Part shown: positions 37,161-50,324 of the stretch, piece by piece
Position numbering within the stretch: position 1 is the stretch's first letter
Layout of the letters: the number at the start of each line of letters is the position of its first letter
Assembly (NCBI RefSeq): GCF_963921235.1
Contig: NC_086097.1
Coordinates: forward strand, 198,402,001-198,466,000
From: Mobula hypostoma
Taxonomy: Eukaryota
Direction: 5' to 3'
DNA: 64,000 nucleotides
Position numbers and translations under genes: made by a program
The notes under the pieces: model-generated
Told to the model about the DNA's origin: nothing
Seen by the model: only the letters and a program-made list of their open reading frames with translations
Database searches by the model: none

Positions 37161-38591
37161 CAAGTTCAAGTGTAGAGTGAAGTTTATTGGCATTTAACTA
37201 CATTTATGTATATAATGTATCTAACTATATAATGTACATAGAACTGAGATAACGTTTCTTTGAACCCAGGTGTAAAGCATATAACACACATAACACATGA
37301 TAACTTTAAGACCATAAGACACAGGAGCAGAATTAGGCCATTCATCTCATCGAGTCTGCTCCACCATCCTATCTTAGCTGATCCCAGATTCAACTCAACC
37401 CTATTCACCTGCCTTCTCACCATATCTTTTGATGCCTTGACCAATCAGGAAACTATGAACTTCCGCTTTAAATATACCCATGGACTTGCCCTCCACAGCT
37501 GTCTGTGGCAGAGCATTCCACAGATTCACACTCTCTGGTTAAAAAAGTTCCTCCTTATCTCTGTTCTAAAAGATCGCCCCACAATTTTGAAGCTGTGCCC
37601 TATATTTCTGGATATCCCAACAATAAGAAACATCCTCTCCACATCCACCTTATCTGGTCCTTTCAACATTCAGTAGGTTTCAATGAGATCCCCCTGCGTT
37701 CTTCTAAATTCCAGTGAGTACAGGCCCAAAGCTGCCAAATGCTCCTTACGAAGGATAAAATCTACAGATGAATCACACATAAATATCAAACTAAAGTGCA
37801 TTAATATTAAATATTGCAAGGTATGGAACAGATTAACCAGTGACACTTCACATTCAATGCGGCTGGGAGTTCAGAACCCTAATGACCTGGGGAAAAGAGT
37901 GTTTCTCATCCTGACCGTTCTTGATTTTATGCATTATCATTTCCTGGCAGATAGTAGAAAGTCAAAGAGGATGCTGGATGGATGGGTGGGATCCTTAATA
38001 ATACTAAGGGACCTGTTATTCTGCGCTCCTGATAAATGTCCCTGATGGATGTTAGGGAGACACCTATGATCCTCTCAGCTGTTGTCACAGACCCTTGTAG
38101 GGACTTCTGGTCCAATACTTGACTGCTCCCAATTGGTGAAGCAGCTTGTCAGGACGCTCCTAATGGAGCTCCTGTAAAACACAGTTAAGATGAGGGGAGG
38201 GAGCCTTGCTTGCCTAAATCTTCTTAGGAAGTGGAGGCGCTGCTGTACTTTCTTGTGTAAAGAGGGGATATTAAGGGACCAAGTGAGGTCTTCCGTGATC
38301 TGAACGCCCAGAAACTTGGTGCATGTAACTCTCTCTACAGAGGAGTCATGTATTTGCAGAGGGAGTCGGTTTCTCTGCACCTTCCTGAAGTCCACAACGA
38401 TTTCCTTTGTCTTCCCCACGTTCAGGCTGAGGATGTTCTTCTTACCCAAATCCACTAGCCACTCTACTTCCTCTCTATAATCCACCTCAACATTGCTCTT
38501 GATGAGGTGAACCACTGTTGTATCATCCACAAACCTGACGATACAGTTTGAGCTGGATCCTGCGACACAGCCATGCGTCAGCAGTGTGCAG
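37161..38591 (-). mobile_element. Rex1/Babar-type LINE nested in CR1
   Basis: ORF 38075-38530 (DDTTVV...LNVGKTKEIVVDFRK...KFLGV), (CTTGAA) tail, and CACTGTT duplicated at 37154-37160 and 38592-38598. Confidence 0.85.
37308..37749 (-). mobile_element. CR1 3' end nested in the LINE 3' UTR
   Basis: (TCTTATGG)-type tail and CR1 RT C-terminus on minus. Confidence 0.85.
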
Positions 38592-40435
38592 CACTGTTGC
38601 AGATGGGCATGTATAATTTTGTAGACATCACTGAATCATGGCTGAAAGAAGACTATAGCTGAGATATCCAAGGATACACATTGTATTGAAAGGACAGCAG
38701 GAAGGCAGAGGGGGTGGTGTTGCTCTGTTCGTACAAATGAAATCAAATCATTAGAAAGAGATGACATGGGGTCGGTAGGTATTGGATCATTGTGGATAGA
38801 ACTAAGGAACCACAAGGGTAAAAAGATCCTGATGGGAATAATATCCGGACCTCCAAGCAGTAGTGAAGATGAGGTTTACAAATTACAACAAGTGATAGAA
38901 AATGAATGCCAAAACAGCAATGTTACAATAGTCGTGGGTGATTTCAATATGCAGGTAGACTGGGAAAATCAGGTTTGTGCTGGATTTCAAGTGGGGAAGT
39001 TGCTAGAATGCCTATGAGATGACTTTTTAGAGCAGCTCGTGGTTGAGCCCACTAGGGAAACAGCTATTCTGGATTGGGTGTTGTGTAATAAAACAGAATT
39101 GATTAGAGAGTTTAAGGTAAAAGGACACTTAAGAGATGTTGCTCATCATATGATCGAACTCACCCTGAAATTTCAGGAGGAGAAACTAAAGTCAAACGTA
39201 TCAGTGTTACAGTGGAGTTGAGGGAATTACAGAGGCATGAGAGAGGAGTTGGACAGAATTGATTGAAAAAGAATACTGGCAGAGACAACAGCAGAAAAGT
39301 AATGGCTGGAACTTCTGGAAAGAATTCTCACATGGATAAAGCACCGTCTGATTGGCACGAGGCAAAGAGTAGGAATAAAGGGAGCCTTTACTGGTTGACT
39401 GTGGTCACTAGTGGTGTTCCACAGTGGTCTGTGTTGGTTGGGACTGATACTTTTTAATGTTATATGTCAATGATTTGGATGATGGATTTGATGACTTTGT
39501 TGCAAAGTTTGAAGATGATATGAAGATAGGTGGAGGGGCAGGTAGTTTTGAGGAAGTAGAGAGGCTGCAGAAGGGCTTGTACAGATTAGGAGAACAGGCA
39601 AAGAAGTGGCAGATGAAATATAGTGTCCAGAAGTGTATGATCATGCACTTTAGTGGAAGAAATGAGAGGGTTGACTATTTTCTAGATGGAGAAAAAATAC
39701 AAAAGAGAACTAAGGTTCAAGAGGACTTGGGGGGGGGTCCTTTGTACGGGATTCTCTAAAGGCTAATTTGCAGGTTGAGTCTGTGGTGAGGAAGACAAAT
39801 TCAATGGTAGCATTCATTTCAAGAGGGCTAGATTATACAGTAAAAGCAAGTATGTAATGTTGAGACTTTATAAAGCACTGGTGAGTATTTTGAGCAGTTT
39901 TGGGCCCTTTATCTTAGAAACATTGTGCTGAAAATGGAGAAGGTTCAAAGGAGGTTCAAGAAAATGATTCCAGGATTGAATGGCTTGTCTTATGAAGAAC
40001 ATTTAGTGGCTCTGGGCCTGTATTCAGCAGAATTCAGAAGAATGAGGGGTGACCTAATTGAAACACAGTGAATGGTGAAAAGCCTTGATAGAGTGGATGT
40101 GAAGAGAATGCTTCCTATGGTGGGAGACTTTAAGACCAGAGGACACAGCCTCTGAATAGAAGGGCATCCTTCTTGAAAAGAGATGAGGAGGAATTTCTTT
40201 AGCCACAGAGTGGTGAATATGTGGAATTATTTGCCACAGGCAGCTGTGGAGGCCAAGTCTTTATGTATATATAAAGCAGAAGTTGTTAGATTCTTCCTTG
40301 TTTAGGGCATGAAGGGATACGGGGAGAAGGCAGGAGACTGGGGCTGAGAGGAAAATTGGAATAGCCATGATGAAATGGCAGAACAGACTCGATAGGCCAA
40401 ATGGCCTAATCTGGTCCCATATCTTATGATTTTAT

Positions 40436-40787
40436 GGCATAGATAGGCTAAATGAAAGTAGGCTTTTCCCACTGAGGTAAGGTAGGACTACAACTAGAGG
40501 TCATGGATTAAGTGTGAAAGGAGAAAAGTTTAAGGGACACATAAAGGGAAACTTCTTCACTCAGAAGGCTGTGAGAGTGTGGAGTGAGCTGCCAGCAAAA
40601 GTGGTGTGTGTGAGCTTGATTTCAACATTTAAAAGAAGTTTGGATAGGTACATGGATGGCAGGGGTATGGAGATCTATAGTGCATGTGCAGGTCAATGGG
40701 AGTAGGTAGTTTAAATGGTTTGGCACGGACTAGATGGGCTGAAGGGCCAGTTTCCGCACTGTACTTTTTTATGACTCTGTGACTCTG
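40436..40787 (+). mobile_element. CR1 3' end (different subfamily)
   Basis: ORF 40514-40705 (GNFFTQKAVRVWSELP...FKRSLDRYM) and (TGACTCTA)-like tail. Confidence 0.85.
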
Positions 40788-41398
40788 AACTCATTGTCTT
40801 CCATTATTTTATTCTGAGCATGTGTTATTACACAATGATACCTCCAGTTAATCCTCAGCTTATTCACTGAGATGCTCAAGGAAACAAAGTTGTGAAAAAA
40901 AAATCATCTTTGCCTGTGAAATTATTGTTCAGTCATATCCAATCTATTGTTAACAAGGTAGTCACTTCAGTCTTCTGAAAAAGGTTTCCTTTCCAAGGAT
41001 AAACTGACAATCCATATCCATTGTTGTTTCTGATTGACTTTGGATTACATGTATTTTGCCACAAAGTTGTGTTTAAAATTAACTAACAGACACAAGTGAA
41101 ATTGACATTTTAAGGTCATATTTGTTCATTTCAGAGCATCATATGCATTTATTGGTGGATCTGAGAGCAAGGGTTACAGTTTCATCTTGGTCAAATACTC
41201 CTTCAGAAATAATAACATGCACCATTCAAGCTTGCCTGAAGTCAAGTTAACCAGCTGTATTTTCTAAGGTTAAGCTAATTTTAATAATTATGCCAAACTT
41301 CCATTCATCTGTTTGCAAATTTGTCATTCAACGGGCAGGATCCTGGTAACTACAGCATCTTCAATGAGACAGATTTTGAGAAAAATCCAGAGATTCTT

Positions 41399-43048
41399 CA
41401 GAGTCCATAAATAGGATTCACCATCTCCCCCAGAAGTTTTCATGTTTTGTTGTTTTGCAACACTGGATCACAATGTATTTAATTTAGCTTTTTTGACACT
41501 GATCAACAGAAAAAGACTCTTCATGTCAAAGTGAAAACAGATCTCTACAAAGTGGTCTAAATTAATTAGAAGTATAAAACACAAAATAATTGATTGCATG
41601 AGTATTCACCCCCTTTAATATGACACACCAAATCATCACTGGTGTAGCCAATTGGTTTTAGAAGTCACAAAATTAGTTAAGTAGAGATCATGATGTGTAG
41701 TCAAGGTGTTTCAATTGATTGTAGTAAAAATACACCTGTATCTGGAAGATCCAACTGCTGGTGAGTTAGTATCCTGGCAAGAACTACAGCATAAACACAA
41801 AAGAACACCAAAGCAACCCTGTGAACAGCTTATTGAAAAGCACAAGTCAGGAGATGGGAACAAGAAAATTTTGAAGTCACTGAATATTACTTGGAGTACA
41901 GTTAAGTCATTCATCAAGAAATGGAAAGAATATAGCAAATTGTAAATCTACCCAGAGCAGGCCATCCTCAAAAACTTAATTACCATGTAAGAAGGGGTCT
42001 AGTGAGGGAGGCCAACAAGAGAGCTATGACAACTTTGGAGGAGTTACAACCTTCAGTGGCTGAGATGGGAGAGACTGCACACACTTTGCCCGGTTGCTTC
42101 ATCAGTCTCAGCTTTATGGGAGAGTGGCAGAGAGAAAGTCACTGTTGAAAAAAACTCATATCAGATCTCAGCTATAGTTTGCTAAAAGGCATGTGGGAGA
42201 CTTTGAAGTCAGCTGGAAGAAGGTTCTATGGTCTGATGAAACCAAAATTGAGCTTTTTGCCCATCAGACTGAATGCTATGTTTGGCATAAGCCAAACACC
42301 ACACATCATCAAATACACACCATCCCTGCAGGGAAGTATGGTGGTGACTGCATTATGCTGTGGGGATGCTTCACTGCAGCAGGTCCCAGAAGGCTTGAAG
42401 ATAGAGGGTAAAATGAATGCAGCAATATACAGGGAAATCCTGGAAGAAAACCTGATGCAGTCTGTAAGAGAACTGTGACTTGGGTGAAGATTTGTACATC
42501 AGCAAGACAATGACCCCAAGCATAAAGCCAAAGCTACATAGGAATGGCTTAAAAACAACAAAGTTAATGTCGTGGAGTGGCCAAGTCAGAGTCCAGAGTT
42601 CAATCCGATTGAGAACTTGTGGCTGGACTTGAAAAGGACTGAGGACTGTTCACTCATGATCCCAATGCAATCTGACAGAGGTCAGCAGTTTTGTAAAGAA
42701 GAATGGAAAAAGAATGGGGAAAAATTGCAGCGTCCAGATGTGCAAAGCTGAGAGAGACCTATCCACACAGACTCAAGGCTGTAATGAGTCTATCAACATA
42801 GACTCATTGCTGCCAAAAGAGCATCTACTAAATACTGATGTGAAGGGAGTGATTACTTATGCAATCAGTTAATTTGTATTTTATATTTGTAATTAATTTA
42901 GATCATTTTGTAAAGATCTGTTCTCATTTTGACACAAGAAAGTTTTTTGATCAATATCAAAAAAGCCAAATTAAATCCAATGTGATTCAGTGTTGTAAAA
43001 CTATAAACTTCCAAGGGGGGGCAGGGTGAATACTTCTTTTAGGCACTG
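41399..43048 (+). mobile_element. Tc1-family DNA transposon with long IR/DR-type TIRs, disabled transposase
   Basis: ~210-bp TIRs (41399-~41615 and ~42839-43048). WSDETK, QQDNDPKH and SPEFNPIENLW motifs. TA flank on the right end. Confidence 0.92.
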
Positions 43049-43050
43049 TA

Positions 43051-43418
43051 TGGATTTGGACAATGGACTGTGGAATTTTTCAGTCTTACAATCTTTATAT
43101 TCTGTGTTTTTTCTGTTCCTTCTCAGATTTTTTGTGCAGGAAAGGGAGGTATGCAGGTTGATGTTCTACTTGTGTTTTTGTGCATGGAGAGGGTATTTGG
43201 GGGTCAATGTTTTTGTTGGGTTTTGTGTGGGGGAGGTCATTTGGGGGAGTTTGATGATCATGTTGTCATTCATTTTTTTGTGCGGGGAGTCAGTTTGCTG
43301 TTTCTCTTTGAGTTGACCTTCATGGTTTTCTTTGTTTCATGACTATCTGGGGAAGAAGAATCTGAGTTGCATATTGCATACCTACTTTGATAATAAATGA
43401 CCCCTTGAACCTTTGAAT
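43051..43418 (+). mobile_element. GT-rich retroposon 3' end
   Basis: Ends TTTGATAATAAATGACCCCTTGAACCTTTGAA, a LINE-like tail. Internal GT-rich imperfect repeats. Confidence 0.55.
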
Positions 43419-44194
43419 TCTCTATATACTGAAGAATCATAGAATCATTAGGCTGCAGAAGAGGTCATTCAGCACATTGATCTTATTCTGGTTCTTTGTT
43501 CAGCAACTGGAAGAGTACATTCTTTCCCTAAAAAATCCTTTCTGCAAATTACTTCAGACCAAATGCCTGTCAAATATCCTTTTGAAAGCTGCTGTTTGCT
43601 ATATCCTTACATACTGTGTTCTAGATCAAAAATGTTTCTCTTATGATAATTTTTTGGCATTCCTCCTGTGCCTTGATCTTCATTTTAAATCCTAGTTCCC
43701 TGGCCCTTGAACTACTCATTGATGGGATTTGCCACTTAAACTGTCACAATCTTGTATACATTTTCAAAATCTCTTCTCAACCTTTTTCTTCAAGGAATAA
43801 AGTCCTCACCTAATCCCTGTCAAAACCCTCAGTCTGATCTTGTAACTGAAATATCTCATTCCAGTTGTCACAATGTGCGCTGTCAATGTCGGAACCCATG
43901 TATGGAGGAAAGACAGACTCGAATGGAGAGATAGCAGCACCGAGAGCTTATTCATAATAATTCCAACAGAACATCAGTGACTCAGCTGCGTCAGACCGTG
44001 AAATGTAGCAGTCTCAAAGCCAGGACCCCACGATTCACACTAATTGGGTGTCCACTTAAATAATACAAGTAACGTGGGATCCCCGAGCCTATCAAAATAA
44101 ATTTAACAAGTTTAAACAGAAAGCACCAGGAGGTTGGATTATAAAGAGTGAGTCACTTGAGAAAAACACAAGGAACTTCAAATGATAAATAACT

Positions 44195-44488
44195 GTTATT
44201 TCCTGTGGTGGGATAGTCGAGGACCAGAGGACACCGCTTCAGAATAGAGAGGCATCCTTTGGGAATCTGTGGAATTCACTGCCTTAGGCAGCTGTGGAGG
44301 CCAAGCCTTTTTGTGTATTCAAAGCAGAGGTTGATAGATTCTTGATTGGTCAGGGCATGAAGGGATATGGGTAGAAGACAGGAAATTGGGGCTGAGAGAA
44401 AAATTGGATCAGCCATGATGAAATGGTGGAACAGACTTGATGGGCCAAATGGCCTGGTTCTGCTTCTGTAGCTTATGGTCTTATGGCT
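44195..44488 (+). mobile_element. CR1 3' end
   Basis: Paralogous to 40110-40435; tail CTTATGGTCTTATGG. Confidence 0.85.
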
Positions 44489-44938
44489 TTAAAGAACAAT
44501 TAACCAATTCAAGTGCTTGAAAAAATCTCAGAGCCCAATGCTCTCTGGCTCACAGCACAAGCCCGAAGACCTCAATATACTAGTGTATTAGGGGAGTAAA
44601 CACAGTTCCCTGTCACAAGCATCAAGAGTCCAAAAGGCTGTGTTGTCTGCCTAATACCTGGGTTCAAGACCTGCTGAGGAATTTGGACTAGAAGGGGAAA
44701 ACTTCAATTGTCATGTTGCATATGGGTACCAATTTAACTTATGAAGAAAAAGGAAAGACGTTCTGTTGAGGAAATTTGAGCAGCTAGGAACTAAATTAAA
44801 ACACAGAAACAAAATGGTAATAATGTCTGGGTTTTTTTTTGCCTGAGCCACATGCAAATTGACATAGGGGTAATAAAATCAGAGAGCTAAATATATGGCT
44901 AAAGACTGGTGTGGGAGAAATGGGTTTGAATTCATGGA

Positions 44939-45158
44939 AAACAAACTCAAAATTCTGGAGGAACTCTGTAGGTCAGGCAGCATTTTTAGAGGTGAATAAA
45001 TAGTCCATTATTTTAGACTGAGACACTTCATCAGTAGTACTGCTGAAGGGTCTGAACCTAAAATGATGACAGTTTATTGTTCTCCATAGATGGTACCTGA
45101 CCTGCAGTGTTCCTCCAGCATTTTGTGGTGATTTCCAGTGTCTGCAGAATCACGTGTT
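44939..45158. mobile_element. Foldback of two PLE terminal arms
   Basis: Imperfect palindrome centred on 45037 (TTCATCAGTA-G-TACTGCTGAA). Tail on the right arm only. Degraded TSD TTTGAATT(CA/TG)TG. Confidence 0.75.
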
Positions 45159-45924
45159 TTTGAATTTGTGTGACATTGGCTCCAGTACTGATGAACGAGA
45201 GAAGTGTACCAAAGGGATGAGCTCCACCTGAACATTGCTACGACTAGTTCCTGACGAATCACATACAGAGCTGTGGATAGGGCTTTGAACTAACTAGTAG
45301 AGAAGTGGGTTCAAAAGTTTGGAAAAGTATGGATAAAGTAAAAGGGAAGGAGAGTGCAGGAGATGCTTATTGAAGACTTTGGAATAAAAGTTAAGAAAAA
45401 AGTTTAGAAAGTGCTAAGGATTTAACTTCAGTCAACATGGAGACAAAGTTAAAAAGAAGGGTTGAATACAGGATTGAAAGTGTTAGATCTGAATGCATGC
45501 AGTATACGAAATAAGGTAAATGATCTTGTAGCGCGGTTAGAAATTGGCAGGTGGGCATCACGGAGCCGTGGTTGAAAGATCATACCTGTGAGCTTAACAT
45601 CCCAGGAAACACATCATATCAAAAGCACAGGCAGGTGTTCAGAGGGGAAGTTAGCAAAATAATGAAATGGAATCTTTAGAAAGATGTGACATAGGATTAG
45701 AAGATGAAGACTACTTGTTTGTAGATTTGAACAAATGCGAGCAGAAAAAGACCCTTATTTGCATGCCACTGAACAGGAAGCAGGATGTGCAGTACAAATT
45801 ACAACGGGAGTTAAAAAAGGCATGTGAGAAGGTAATGCCAGAATGATCAATGGGATTTCAGTATGTAGGATAATTGGGAATATCAGGGTGGTGCTGGATC
45901 CCAAGAGAAGGAATTTGTAGAATG

Positions 45925-47390
45925 TCAGACCATCTTACTCGATCGTAACCCTTGTATGGTGTATCTGGAAGGGCACTGAATATCTGTGCCAACCAAATGT
46001 CTGTAGTGTTTAAAGACATCATCAAACTTTCGCTGCTGCAGTTGGAGATTTCCATCTGCTTTAAAAGGGCATCAATCACACCAGTGCCCAAGAACAGTTG
46101 GGTGAGCTGCCTCAGTGACTAACACCCAGAGGCACTCACGCCTACCGTGATGAAGTGCTTTGAGAGGCTGGTCATGGCTAGATTTAACTCCTGCATAGGA
46201 AAAACCTGGATCCACTGCAATTTGCAACTGCCACAATAGGTCTACAGCAGAAGCAATCTCACTGTCTCTCCACTTGGCCTTAAACCAGCTGGACAACAGC
46301 AATACCTACTTAAGCCTGCTGTTAAAAACTCGGCATTGAACACCATAATCTCCTCAATACTAATCAACAAGCTTCAAAACCTGGATCTCTGTACTTTCCT
46401 CTCCAAATCGATCCTTGACTTCCTTATCGGGAGACCACAGTAAGTGTAGATCAAAAATAATATCTCCTCATCACTAACAATCAACAGAAGCACATCTCAC
46501 AGATGTGTGCATAGCCCACTGCTCTTCTGTCTCTGCAATCATGACAACATGGTTAGGAACAGCTCAAACGCTATCTATAAATTCACCAATGACCCACTAT
46601 TGTTGGTAGAATCTCAGATGGTAACAAGAAGGCATACAGGAGGAAGATAGACTGGCTGGTTGTCTCACCACAATATCCTTGCAATCAACAGGAGTAAGTT
46701 CAAGGAACCGATCGTGGACTTCAGGAAGTGAAAGTCAGGAGAACACATACTAGTCCTCAATGAAAGGTCAACAGTAAAAAAAATTAAAAGCTTCAAGTTC
46801 CTGGGTGTCAACGTCACTGAAGATGTATCCTGAGCCCAACATATTGATGCAACTATGAAGAAGGCATGCTAGCGGCTATATTTCATTAGGAGTTTGAGGA
46901 GATTTGGTATGTCACCAAGGACTAGCAAATTTCTACAGATGCACCATGGAAAGCATTCTGACTGGTTGTATCAATGGAGGAGCTGAGGCACAGAGGGTTG
47001 TAAACTCAGTCAGCTCCATGATGGGCACCAGTTTCCCCACCATTCAGGATTTCTTCAATAGGTGATGTCTCAAGACGGAGGCATTCACTATGAAGGACCT
47101 CACCATCTAGGACATACCTTCTTCTCATTACTATCATCAGGGAGGAGGTACAGTAGGCTGAAGGCAAATACCCAAAGTTTTAGGAACAGCTTCTTCACCT
47201 CCATCAGATTTCTGAATGGATCATGAACCCATGAACACTATCTCATTTATTGTTCTCTTTTAACACTATTTATTTATTTATCACTATAATTTATAGTAAT
47301 TATTTATGTATTACACTGTTCTGTTGCTACTAAACAAGAAATTTCACAACATATGTCCATGATAATAAACTTATTTCGGATTCTGCTTCT
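45925..47390 (+). mobile_element. Rex1/Babar-type LINE RT and 3' UTR, degenerate
   Basis: Decayed CANQM, PVPK, MKCFERLV, LDPLQF, FKFLGVNVT and FRNSFF motifs in order. Confidence 0.85.
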
Positions 47391-47440
47391 GAAGATAGCT
47401 TTTTAGAGCAGCTTGTGGTTGATCCCATTAGGGAAGAGGC

Positions 47441-48004
47441 AAACAAGAAAATCTGCAGATGCTGGAGGAACTCAGTAGGCTAGGCATGGAAATCAGCAGG
47501 CTATGGAAAAGAGTACAATCAAAGATTCAGGCCGAGACCCTTCAGCAGGACTGGAGAAAAAAAGATGAGGAGTAGAGTAAAAAGATAGGGGGAGGGGAAT
47601 GAGAAACACAAGGTGATAGGTGAAACTGGGAGGGGGAGGGCTTAAGTAAAGAGCTAGAATGTTGATTGGTGAAAGAGATACAGGGCTGGAAAGGGGGAGT
47701 CTGATAGGAGAGCTCAGAAGGCCATGGAAGAAAGAAAAGGGGGAAGGAGCACCAGAGGGAGGCAGTGGGCAGGCAAGGAGATAATGTGAGAGAAGGAAAA
47801 GGAGATGGGGAATGGTGAAGGGGGGGTCCAATACCGGAAGTTTGAGAAATCAACATTCATGCCATCAGGTCGAGGCTATCCAGATGGAATATAAGGTGTT
47901 GTCCCTCCAGCCTGAGTATGGCCTCATCACAACAGTGGAGGAGGCCATGGACAGACATATTGGAATGAGAATGGGGAGTAGAATTAAAATGGGTGGCCAC
48001 TGGG
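47441..48004 (-). mobile_element. Neptune-type PLE 3' end
   Basis: GIY-YIG C-terminus (VATHFN...HGLL...LDGMNVDFSNFR), tail-bearing terminus, decayed hammerhead at 47516-47553, AGAGGC on both flanks. Confidence 0.85.
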
Positions 48005-48777
48005 AGAGGCAATTCTGTATTGGATGACGGATTGATTTGATGAAGGAGCTTAAAGTAAGGGAAACCTTAGGAGGCAGCGATCATAATATAAAAGTCTTCA
48101 CCTTTTATTTTGAGAGGGAGAAGCTAAAACTGGGTGTTTTAGTATTACGGTTGAGTAGAAGTCATGACAGAAGCATGAGAGAGGAGCTGGCCAAAGTAGA
48201 TTGAAAGAGGATATGAACAGGGAGGACAGTAGAGCAGCAATGGCTGGAGTTTCTGGAAGTAATTCAGAAGATGTAGGATCAGGTCATCCCAAGGATGAAG
48301 AATCCTCTGGCTGCAAGGGAGGTTGAAGACATCATGAAAGCAAGAGAGAGGACATAAAATACAGTCAGAATTAATGAGGAATTAGGGGATTGGGAAAATT
48401 TTTAAAACTAACAGAAAGAAACAAAAAAGCATAAGGAGAGAAAATATGAAATATGAAGGAAAGCTAGTCAATCATATAAAAGAATATACAAAAATTCTTT
48501 ACAGATATATGAAGAGTAAAAGAGAGGTGAAAGTGGATATTGGACTGCTGGAGAGGTAGTAATAGGGGACAAAGAAATGGCGGATGAACTTAACAAGTAT
48601 TTTGCATCAACCTTCACTGTGGAAGACACTAGCAGTATGCCAGACTTTCGAGAGTGTAGGGACAATAGTGTGTGTAGTGCTATTACTGAGGAGAAGGAGC
48701 TTGGGAAGCTGCAAGGTCACGTGGACCCGAAGGACTAGGGTTCAGAAAGAGGTCGCTGAAGAGATTGTGGGGGATCA

Positions 48778-49697
48778 CAATCGGAATCAGAATCAGGTTT
48801 AATTTCACTGGCATATGTCGTGAAATTTGTTGTTATGTGGCAGCAGTGCATTGCAATACATAGTAGAAGCTGAGAATTACAGCAAATTTTATACATATAC
48901 ATACACACACACACACACACACACATATATACACACAGTATATTTAAATTAAATAAATAGTGCAGAAAGAGAAAAAAAGGGCTCAGGTAGTGTTCATGGA
49001 TTTAATATCCATTCAGAAACCTGATGGCAGAGGGGAAGAAACTGTTCCTGAATTGTTGACTATGTGCCTTCAAGTTCCTGTACCACCTCCCTGATGGCAG
49101 CAATGAGAAGGGGGCATGTCCTAGGTGAAGGGGGTCCTTAATAAAGGATGCCGCCTTTTTGCAGCTCCACTCATTGAAGATGTTGGAGAGGCTAGTGCCC
49201 ATGATGGAACTGACTGAGTTTACAACATTTTGCAGTTTATTTCAGTCTTGTGCGGTGCCCCCACCTCATACCAGAAAGTGACGTAGCCAGCTAGAATGCT
49301 CCCCATGGTACATCTGTAAAAACTTGCGAGTGTCTTTGTCACATACAAAATCTCCTCAAATGCCTAATGAAATATAGCCACTGTCATGCCTTCTTTGTAA
49401 CTGCATCAATATGTTGGCCTCAGGATATTCTGCAGAGATGTTGACACCAGGAACTTGAAATTTCTGCCTCTTTCCATTTCTGATCCCTCTATGAGGACTG
49501 GAGTGTGTTCCCTTGTCTTACCCTTTCTGAAGCCCACTATCAATTATTTGGTCTGACTGATGTTGACTGCAAGGTTGTCGCTGCGACACCACTCAACTAG
49601 CTGTACGCTCTCTCACCACCATCTGAAATTCTGCCAACAAGAGTTGTATTGTTAGCAAATTTATAGGTGGCATTTGAGCAGTACCTAGCCACACAAT
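48778..49697 (-). mobile_element. Rex1/Babar-type LINE 3' part with internal (CA)n
   Basis: ORF 49002-49202 C-terminus, (TTCTGA) tail, CA repeat at ~48903-48937. Confidence 0.85.
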
Positions 49698-50324
49698 GAC
49701 TATATTTCAAGAGTCACTAGATTCTGGAATGGTTCTGGAGAACTTGAAAATTGTAAATGTCACTTCACTCTTTAAGAAGTCGTGGAGGCAGAAGAAAGAA
49801 AGTTATAGGTATGTTAGCCTGACTAGTTGTTTGGAAGATGTTGGAGCCCAGTATTAAGGATGAGGTTTTGGCATACATGGAGGTGCATGAGAAAGTAGGC
49901 CAAGGTTTTTCTTAAGGGGAAATTTTGTCTGACAAATCTGTTGGAATTCTTTGAGCGAATAACCAGCAAGTAACAGTGATTGAATGGTCAGATTATTAAT
50001 TATCATGTACATATAAATACCAAATGTGGCACTTTGGACATTTATCGGCAAAGCTCATTTCTCTGAGTTTAGAAGAGATAAGGGCATAAGGGAGAGCAGA
50101 ATGAGTGGACCATATAGTTCCTCATGTCTGGTCCACAATTCAACCTGATGATCATGGTTGGTCTGATCTTGGCTTCAACTTCTCACTTTCCTGTCTGGTC
50201 AACTTTACCATGGATTTTCTCTCTATTCAAAAAAATAGTTGCCTTTGCTTTGAAAGTATTTAACAAGAGGACCGTCACAGCTCTCTGGGGCTAGAATATT
50301 TCAAAAGTTCACAATTCTCTAAGG

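Larger units (their letters stand above)
36380..40435 (+). mobile_element. CR1 LINE (ORF1 esterase, APE, RT, 3' UTR), degenerate, with nested inserts
   Basis: CCLPGAR...EGEQPEIMVHAGTNDMG, VVGDFN, VTSGVPQWSV, YVNDLD...KFEDDMKIGG, and tail ending TCTTATGATTTTATG. Confidence 0.88.
44575..49975 (+). mobile_element. Degenerate CR1 LINE split by four nested insertions
   Basis: ORF1 esterase at 44575-45290, APE at 45460-45925, linker at 48005-48775, RT start at 49698-49975. Confidence 0.8.

Noticed and set aside
43866..44560. Solo LTR starting TGTCAC
   Set aside because: LTR-like start, but I could not find a matching end or TSD.
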